Assembly: GCA_000388065.2 (NCBI GenBank)
Contig: KB932204.1
From: Fonticula alba ATCC 38817
Taxonomy: Eukaryota > Protista > Nucleariida
Strand: one strand, 5' to 3'
Length of the DNA stretch: 7,328 nt
Part shown: one piece after another, positions 1 to 6,568 of the stretch
Numbering within the stretch: position 1 is the stretch's first letter
Layout: each line of letters opens with the position of its first letter
Made by a program: the position numbers and the translations under genes
The notes under the pieces: generated by a model
The model's database searches: none
What the model was told of the DNA's origin: nothing
The model's input: only the letters and a program-made list of their open reading frames with translations

Positions 1-265
1 AGCCCCCTCGTGCAGCCGCCCCTCGTGTAGCGAGCCCGCCTTTCCGGAAGATGATCGGTTCTGAAGGAGCGAGGGTGAAGATCGTCCTCACGTATTGCCA
101 ACGGATGTCGCATTGCGAGGAGGTAGGCTCTATTTTTGTGCCGCCCGAGACGCGGCTGGGCGCCTGGCTCGACTTGCACTCCCGCACGCAAACGTCTCTC
201 CTTGCCCCTCTCCCTGCCGATTGTGCTCGCTTCTCTGCTATTCTCGCCTCGACACACCTCCTCTT

Positions 266-274
266 CCAATCGGC
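266..274 (+). promoter_or_regulatory. Candidate CCAAT box upstream of CTNNBL1
   Basis: CCAATCGGC about 65 nt upstream of ATG 336; the same 9-mer recurs at 470-478. Confidence 0.3.
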
Positions 275-335
275 TCCTCCTTCCCTCGCCTGCTCAGTAA
301 GATCCACGGCCACACGGCCCCTCTCCTCCGAAGTG

Positions 336-3300
336 ATGGACATTGATAGCCTCTTCAAGGTTCGTTGTCACCCCCCCTCCCCCCGCCCCCCGCCCCCTCC
401 TCTTCCCTCCTTTCTTCCCCTTCGGCTGTTCCGAGATCATGCTCTCTCTCTCTCTCTCTCCCTCTCCTCCCAATCGGCGCGCTGACCTTTGACATGCGCA
501 ACAGGACCTGAAGTCGGCTCCGACCCGCCAGCCGCGCGACAACGCCCCTGCTCCTGGCAAGCGATCCGCCCCGCCGGCCGAGCTACTGGAGTTCTCCGGT
601 GGCGGGGCCGATGTCCCTGCGACGGTGTTTGGTACTGGCGCTGGCTCCAGCAAGCGCGCTCGCACGGGTCTTAGCCTCCCGCCACCGACAGCACAAGTGA
701 CAAGCACCGCCAGTCTGGACGATGATGATGATCGGGGCGTTGAATTCAGCCGGGATGACTTCCAGTTTGTCTCCTTCGGCGAGGATGACGAGGGCGAGGA
801 CGCTGCCACGGGCCTCGGCCTTGATGAGGAGGACCCATATCTGGCAGCTCGTGAGCGCCGGGGTCCGGCTATTCCCCCCAGCGGTGCTCCTATTGCCAGC
901 CAAGTGACTTCCATGACCAAGATGATTTTTGATCAGCTTCCGGATGTACGTACATTCCACGCGTGTGTCAACCACACACCCACACACTCACACCCACACA
1001 CGCGCGCGTATCTGTATCCATCTGTTCTCGCGTTCCTGCAACTGATGTTCTTGCCAATTAGCTGCCTGACACGGCCCCCGAGGCCGAAGGTCTCGGGTTC
1101 CTGAAGGGTGAACTGAAGCGCCTGACTGTTGCCCTGGAGAAGGCCCTCGAGGCGAATCAAACCGCCCGGGGACGTTTCCCGGATGACCCCTCCAAGTACG
1201 CGATATTATCTCTCCCCCCCCCCCCCCCCCCCCCTCTCTCTCTCTCTCTCTGACCCGGGCCGTACCTGGTACGAATGGGCGCAGGTTCATGGAATCGGAG
1301 ATCGAGCTGAACGCTTGCCTCAAGTCGATGGAGATCTTCCCCGCCGAGCCGGCGCTCTTTGCGGAGATTGCTGCCGGTCCGGTCCCCAAGATCCTGACCG
1401 ACCTGCTGGTACACGACAATGTGGACTTGTCGGTCACCGTGGTTGACCTGCTGAAGGAGTTTTGTGACAGTGATAACATTCTGGAAGCCGAGGCAGAGAC
1501 CCGGCGCCTTGTTCGGTCTCTGGTACGTTCCAACAACTGCCATGCCTCTTGTAGCTGGCCCCTGCACGATGACTCACCTGGATGGTTCCCTTGGGACAAT
1601 TTTTATCGCCTCTTGTTGCTGCGTTATTGCTGGCACTGGCCCCGGCGTCGGCGCTGCTATTGGTGTTGCTCTCCATCGCCTTGAACCCCTGCCAGCTGGA
1701 TCGCCAGCTCCTGTCGCTGCTCATGGCCAATCTGAAGCGCCTCAACGAGAAGGCCGAGGCCGAGTCGCAGTGCCTCTTTGACACGATGTGTGCGTGCCTT
1801 GGGCGGTCGGGCCATCCCTCCTGTGGCTTCCCCCTCTCCCCCCCCCCTCCCTCAGCACTAACCTGCCGTTCCTGTCGGCTCCGCAGCCATCTTCGAGAAT
1901 CTGATCGAGCTGGACCCCACCACGGCTGACACCCTTGCCGGAGAGGAGGTTCCCCTTGCGAAATGGCTGCTCCAACGGGTGGCTCGCACGGGTGGCGAGC
2001 CCTTCAACACGAACACCCAATATGCCAGCGAGTTGCTGTCGATCATTCTGCAACTGAGCGAGCGGGCGCGCTTGGGTCTGAGCCCAAGTGACCGTGCTCC
2101 CGAGACTGAGTTGACCTTCGCCCTCCTGGATGGCTGTGGGCTGGACCTACTGCTGCAGGCCCTGGCGGTGCGTACAGGGCACCTAGAGCCTGCCGCGTCC
2201 CTCCTCCTTGGGGGGGGGGGGGGGNNNNNNNNNNNNNNNNNNNNNNNNNNNNNNNNNNNNNNNNNNNNNNNNNNNNNNNNNNNNNNNNNNNNNNNNNNNN
2301 NNNNNNNNNNNNNNNNNNNNNNNNNNNNNNNNNNNNNNNNNNNNNNNNNNNNNNNNNNNNNNNNNNNNNNNNNNNNNNNNNNNNNNNNNNNNNNNNNNNN
2401 NNNNNNNNNNNNNNNNNNNNNNNNNNNNNNNNNNNNNNNNNNNNNNNNNNNNNNNNNNNNNNNNNNNNNNNNNNNNNNNNNNNNNNNNNNNNNNNNNNNN
2501 NNNNNNNNNNNNNNNNNNNNNNNNNNNNNNNNNNNNNNNNNNNNNNNNNNNNNNNNNNNNNNNNNNNNNNNNNNNNNNNNNNNNNNNNNNNNNNNNNNNN
2601 NNNNNNNNNNNNNNNNNNNNNNNNNNNNNNNNNNNNNNNNNNNNNNNNNNNNNNNNNNNNNNNNNNNNNNNNNNNNNNNNNNNNNNNNNNNNNNNNNNNN
2701 NNNNNNNNNNNNNNNNNNNNNNNNNNNNNNNNNNCCGATGCATTATGCTTCGTTCGAAACATCTGACCCTTTGTACGGCACCAAACAGGTTTGTCGAGAT
2801 CTCCGGCCTTGGTCCCCTATTCTCCGTCTTCATGAAGAAGGTGCGCCGCGCGATGGGCATGCCCGGCTTCTGCTCTTCCGACGCAATGTCCGGGCCTCTA
2901 ACTTGCTTGAAATAGGGCTGCGCATACCTGCGCAAGACATACAAGGATGACTACGACGAGATGGCCGAGGAGGAGCATGTTCTGAGCATCATTGTGTCTT
3001 TGTTGCGCTTTGCGTCAACCAAGCCGCAGCCCAACCGCCAGCGCGTGTTGGCCAAGTTCTCGGAGGACAACTTCATGAAAATCGATCGCCTGGTGGACCT
3101 GCTGGTGGTGTACACCGAGCGGGAGAAGCGCAATGCCGAGGCACTTGCCCAAATCCGGCTGGTGCGTAGTGAAGCCCATTGGCTGTGCGAGGCCCGGGCA
3201 GGGGGGAATGGGGGAGCGGGGAAAGCACCCCGGGTTTGTGCTCGGCCATTGACCATTATCCCTGCCATTGCCACCTCCCTAGTCGCATCTGAGTCGGAAT

Positions 3301-3481
3301 GAGTCGGTCGATGAGGATTCGCTCTTCTCGCGGAGACTCGAGCAGGGTGCCTTCCAGCTGCACCTGGTGTCAATCATCATCGCATGGGTGGTGATCTTGG
3401 GGGGCAAGCTGGCTGAGCGAGTCCGTGCCACGCTGGCCCTGCGGGATTTCACGCCGGACGTGATCCTGGCCCACCTGGAGG
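336..3481 (+). CDS. CTNNBL1: Beta-catenin-like protein 1 (spliceosomal Prp19/CDC5L complex ARM-repeat protein), spliced; internally and 3' incomplete because of gaps
   Basis: Exons rebuilt by hand: 336-359, 505-945, 1062-1195, 1285-1522, 1696-1789, 1887-2167 (1212 nt, 404 codons, frame kept), [gap], 2789-2840, 2916-3161, 3283-3481, [gap]. All visible junctions are GT-AG and phase-compatible. The translation has family hallmarks recalled from human CTNNBL1: MDIDSLFK start; RGRFPDDPSKFMESEIEL (human RIKFPDNPEKFMESELDL); LLVHDNVDLSVTVVDLLKE (HDNTDVSIAVVDLLQE); NTQYASELLSIILQ; FVEISGLGPLFSVFMK; EEEHVLSIIVSLL; KFSEDNFMKIDRL; LFSRRLEQGAFQL. Similarity judged from memory, not by a search. Confidence 0.93.
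1214..1250. repeat. C21 homopolymer followed by (TC)n microsatellite in intron 3
   Basis: C run 1214-1234, then tctctc to 1250. A similar (CT)n lies at about 442-460 in intron 1 and an imperfect (CA)n at about 972-1002 in intron 2. Confidence 0.9.
2225..2734. other. Assembly gap (510 N) hiding internal CTNNBL1 exon(s)
   Basis: About 75-80 aa of the family (region between ..LLQQL and ..FVDI in human) are missing at exactly this point; gap follows a G15 run. Confidence 0.9.
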
Positions 3482-3567
3482 GTGCGCTTTACTCCATTCC
3501 TCCTTTCCCTCCCTCCCCCTGGCCAATTCACGCATCGAACTGACTCCACTTCGCGTCTGCCCCCCCC

Positions 3568-4487
3568 NNNNNNNNNNNNNNNNNNNNNNNNNNNNNNNNN
3601 NNNNNNNNNNNNNNNNNNNNNNNNNNNNNNNNNNNNNNNNNNNNNNNNNNNNNNNNNNNNNNNNNNNNNNNNNNNNNNNNNNNNNNNNNNNNNNNNNNNN
3701 NNNNNNNNNNNNNNNNNNNNNNNNNNNNNNNNNNNNNNNNNNNNNNNNNNNNNNNNNNNNNNNNNNNNNNNNNNNNNNNNNNNNNNNNNNNNNNNNNNNN
3801 NNNNNNNNNNNNNNNNNNNNNNNNNNNNNNNNNNNNNNNNNNNNNNNNNNNNNNNNNNNNNNNNNNNNNNNNNNNNNNNNNNNNNNNNNNNNNNNNNNNN
3901 NNNNNNNNNNNNNNNNNNNNNNNNNNNNNNNNNNNNNNNNNNNNNNNNNNNNNNNNNNNNNNNNNNNNNNNNNNNNNNNNNNNNNNNNNNNNNNNNNNNN
4001 NNNNNNNNNNNNNNNNNNNNNNNNNNNNNNNNNNNNNNNNNNNNNNNNNNNNNNNNNNNNNNNNNNNNNNNNNNNNNNNNNNNNNNNNNNNNNNNNNNNN
4101 NNNNNNNNNNNNNNNNNNNNNNNNNNNNNNNNNNNNNNNNNNNNNNNNNNNNNNNNNNNNNNNNNNNNNNNNNNNNNNNNNNNNNNNNNNNNNNNNNNNN
4201 NNNNNNNNNNNNNNNNNNNNNNNNNNNNNNNNNNNNNNNNNNNNNNNNNNNNNNNNNNNNNNNNNNNNNNNNNNNNNNNNNNNNNNNNNNNNNNNNNNNN
4301 NNNNNNNNNNNNNNNNNNNNNNNNNNNNNNNNNNNNNNNNNNNNNNNNNNNNNNNNNNNNNNNNNNNNNNNNNNNNNNNNNNNNNNNNNNNNNNNNNNNN
4401 NNNNNNNNNNNNNNNNNNNNNNNNNNNNNNNNNNNNNNNNNNNNNNNNNNNNNNNNNNNNNNNNNNNNNNNNNNNNNNNNNNNNNNN
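3568..4487. other. Assembly gap (920 N) hiding the CTNNBL1 final exon(s) and stop
   Basis: The last visible intron (3482-) has its branch CTGAC at 3540 just before the gap; roughly 25-30 C-terminal aa are expected. C runs flank both sides. Confidence 0.9.
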
Positions 4488-4521
4488 CCCCCGCCCCCAG
4501 ATGCTCTCTGGCCATCCCCAA
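4488..4521. repeat. Direct repeat copy 1 (34 nt visible)
   Basis: cccccgcccccagatgctctctggccatccccaa, identical to 7295-7328; left end cut by the N gap. Confidence 0.95.
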
Positions 4522-5139
4522 GCACACAACCTGCTTAGGGGAACCCCGTAGGGGGCAAGGGGGGAAGCGCTCGGACTGCCCATGCTTGTACCGGTCAAGT
4601 GCCGATGGACTGTTCCAGAGTGCTGGCGTCCCGGCGCGCGAAGCCCCTCCCAGCGCACGGTTACACCCCTCGTGGAAAAGCCACTTGGCCGCGCTGCTCT
4701 GGCGCTGCCCAGGGTCATGCAGACACCCCCGGAGCAGCAGACACACATGCGCATCGACAAACAAAGGGGCAGAGAGCATACTGTACAGGTTCGTATATTT
4801 GGAGAAAAAGGGGAGGGAGGGAGGGGGGCACAGGAGAGCAGGCAACTGTGAGAGGGAAGTGCGGTGAGAAGTACAGCGACATCCAGCACCGTGTGCTGCA
4901 CGCGCTTGCTCCCACCATGCTTGCGGTCGGGTGTGTGTCTCCACACCCGCCCCCGAGCCGCCCTCCAAGAGCCTCGCAGGCCCCGTTTCCGGAACGAACG
5001 CCGTGGGCTGACTCTGACCGGGAAAGGAGGTGTGTGCGGGAGGGTGGTGCCGGGGGGGGGGGGAGATGGAGGGATGGGCAAAGGGGCGAGGAGAGGAACA
5101 CACGCGAGCAGACCTGGGCGGTACATGCTCAGGTGCTCT

Positions 5140-6120
5140 CTAGTCGAGCTTCTTGGCCTGCTTGGCGTCGGCGGCCCGCTGGGCGCGCTTCTCGGCCTTG
5201 TAGGCGTTGTAGTGCTTGTCAGTGCCGAAGATCCAGTCGCACCAGCGGAAGGAGGCGCCGAAGTTGCCGGTGTACACGGCATGGTGGTGGTCGTGGAAGT
5301 CGGCACCGGCCCAGAAGGGCACGAAGTGGCGCAGAGAGAAGGGGAAGTCGTAGCCGCTGTGGGCATCGATCACCTGCATGACACGGAAGAACAGGAACCA
5401 CAGCAGGGTGACGATGTGCAGGTCATGGGCGAAGAGAATCGGGCCGAGCAGGGTACCGAAGCCGAGGGTCAGGGTCTCCAGGGGGTGGGCGTACTCGCCA
5501 GCCAGGCCGAAGGGAGCCTGGAACTCGTGGTGCATCTTGTGGATGTGGCGATACAGGGGACCCCAGTGCATCAGACGGTGGGTCCAGTACTCCCAGAAGT
5601 CCTCGATGACCAGGAAGATGAAGGACTGGTAGAGGACCTTGTACCACACGGGGAAGGGAGAGCGGATCTCGAAGCCGAGGTACTTGATGCCGGGGTGCAG
5701 CATCATGATCATGGGGAGCTGCACGAAGATGTGGCTGAAGAGGATACCCTTAAGGCACTTCCACTTCTGAGCAGAGGTGGTCTCCTTGTCGGCCTGCATG
5801 GCGGCGTGGGCACAAGGGGGGGGGGAGAGAGATAGGCAGGAGAGGGGGGGGGGGAGTCAGCAACAGTGGGCGGGGGGTGGCGGAGGGGACAGGGAGGGCA
5901 GGCATACCTGGATCTTGTACTTCTTCATCGAGGGGAAGAAGTCCAGCAGGTAGAAGGGAAGGTAGCGACCGAAGTAGAAGATCTCGTGCGCGAAGAAGGA
6001 CACCGCCGTGATGAAGAGGTACTCGTTGTGGTTGTCCAGCTGGTTGTCCCACAGGGTCTCAGTAGCCGAGACCAGCGTGTTCCAGTGCTGGCCAAGGCCA
6101 GAGAGCAGCTCAAGGGCCAT
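5140..6120 (-). CDS. ERG25: C-4 sterol methyl oxidase / methylsterol monooxygenase (fatty acid hydroxylase superfamily, di-iron ER enzyme), 288 aa, two exons
   Basis: Exon 1 6120-5908 (71 aa, MALELL...KKYKIQ, accATGg context), phase-0 intron 5907-5794 (GTATGC...CAG), exon 2 5793-5140 (217 aa + TAG). His boxes HRLMH, HKMHH and HDHHH; family motifs APFGLAGEYAHPLE, DAHSGYDFP, PFWAG and WIFGTD; C-terminal KKLD dilysine ER-retrieval signal. Confidence 0.95.
5794..5907 (-). other. Single spliceosomal intron of ERG25 (114 nt)
   Basis: Donor GTATGC at 5907, CTGAC at 5860-5856, C-rich interior, acceptor CAG ending at 5794. Removal joins YKIQ to ADKETT in frame, matching the family. Confidence 0.92.
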
Positions 6121-6215
6121 GGTGAGGAGGGGGGGGGAGGGAGTGACGGCGGGGGCTGGGAAGACACGCGCGCTGACACGGAGGGGGAGGGGGGGTGGGA
6201 GGGGGCGGAGCGGCT

Positions 6216-6228
6216 CTATAAGGGTGCG
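6216..6228 (-). promoter_or_regulatory. Possible TATA-like element of the ERG25 promoter
   Basis: Short AT island (TTATAG on - strand, TATAA on +) about 100 nt upstream of the ATG within very GC-rich sequence; TSS unknown. Confidence 0.3.
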
Positions 6229-6349
6229 CTCGCGGGGAGAGATGCTCTCGGCGCGATGTCGGAGGCCGCCGACGGGGGGGCTGTTAAAGGGGGCAAACTC
6301 GACGTTCTCCTGGGCCAAGAGGCGGGAAGCGGGGGAGCCCGGCGCACTC

Positions 6350-6405
6350 GCACCCCGGCACCCCTGCACCCCTGCACCCCTGCACCCCGGCTCCCTGGCT
6401 CCCCA
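6350..6405. repeat. 8-bp tandem array (GCACCCCK)x5 plus two degenerate units, 230-285 nt upstream of the ERG25 ATG
   Basis: gcaccccg gcacccct gcacccct gcacccct gcaccccg gctccctg gctcccca read directly. Confidence 0.9.
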
Positions 6406-6558
6406 ACCTGCGCCGCACATGCCAGCCAGGCCGTTTGTCCCCGGGCACAAACCGGCCTCCCTCCCGGCCCTGCCCCCCCCCCACACACACAGCTGCTCGG
6501 TGCACACATTCAGCCCTGGCTGGAGGAACCACCGTCTTCGAGGAGGGGAGCCGGGGGG

Positions 6559-6568
6559 NNNNNNNNNN
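6559..6568. other. Assembly gap (10 N, probably a placeholder length)
   Basis: Lies between a G6 run and a C9 run. Confidence 0.85.

Larger units (their letters stand above)
360..3567 (+). other. Spliceosomal introns of CTNNBL1
   Basis: Complete introns: 360-504 (145 nt), 946-1061 (116), 1196-1284 (89), 1523-1695 (173), 1790-1886 (97), 2841-2915 (75), 3162-3282 (121). Partial: 2168-gap, gap-2788, 3482-gap. Branch-like YTRAY at 482, 1042, 1250, 1858, 2763, 2898, 3249 and 3540. Confidence 0.88.

Noticed and set aside
1-113. Minus-strand ATG at 113 with a frame open to the window edge (MRHPLAIREDDLHPRS...), a possible divergent gene
   Set aside because: Only 37 codons visible, no recognisable motif; cannot be supported without flanking sequence.
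75-118. VKIVLTYCQRMSHC resembling a SelW/Rdx-type V-x-I-x-YCxxC motif
   Set aside because: Cys spacing is wrong (CxxxxxC) and nothing downstream resembles a thioredoxin-like fold.
1261-1273. Palindrome CGTACCTGGTACG between branch point and acceptor of intron 3
   Set aside because: Only a 5-bp stem is feasible; too weak to claim a structure.
1560-1690. Intron-encoded snoRNA in atypical intron 4
   Set aside because: No proper C box (RUGAUGA) with D box (CUGA) pair, and no evident H/ACA layout.
294-2053. Long minus-strand ORFs antisense to CTNNBL1 (294-920, 988-1599, 1434-1784, 1742-2053)
   Set aside because: Shadow frames of a GC-rich coding strand; Ser/Arg/Gly low-complexity translations with no family signal.
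4791-4797. TCGTATA, the yeast Upc2/Ecm22 sterol response element
   Set aside because: Lies downstream of ERG25, a single 7-mer is not unlikely by chance in this much sequence, and Upc2 is a Saccharomycotina factor. Worth revisiting only if the tandem model holds, which would put a copy upstream.
5027-5124. Possible 3'UTR intron of ERG25 starting GTACCG 16 nt after the stop
   Set aside because: +5 is C, against the invariant +5 G of all ten confirmed donors, and there is no clear branch point.
1979-5366. Very long ORFs spanning the N runs (e.g. 3370-5103, 3528-5366, 3482-4867)
   Set aside because: Their length comes from N codons never being read as stops.
6350-6405. CRISPR array or telomeric repeat interpretation of the 8-bp array
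   Set aside because: No spacers, eukaryotic context, internal position and few units.
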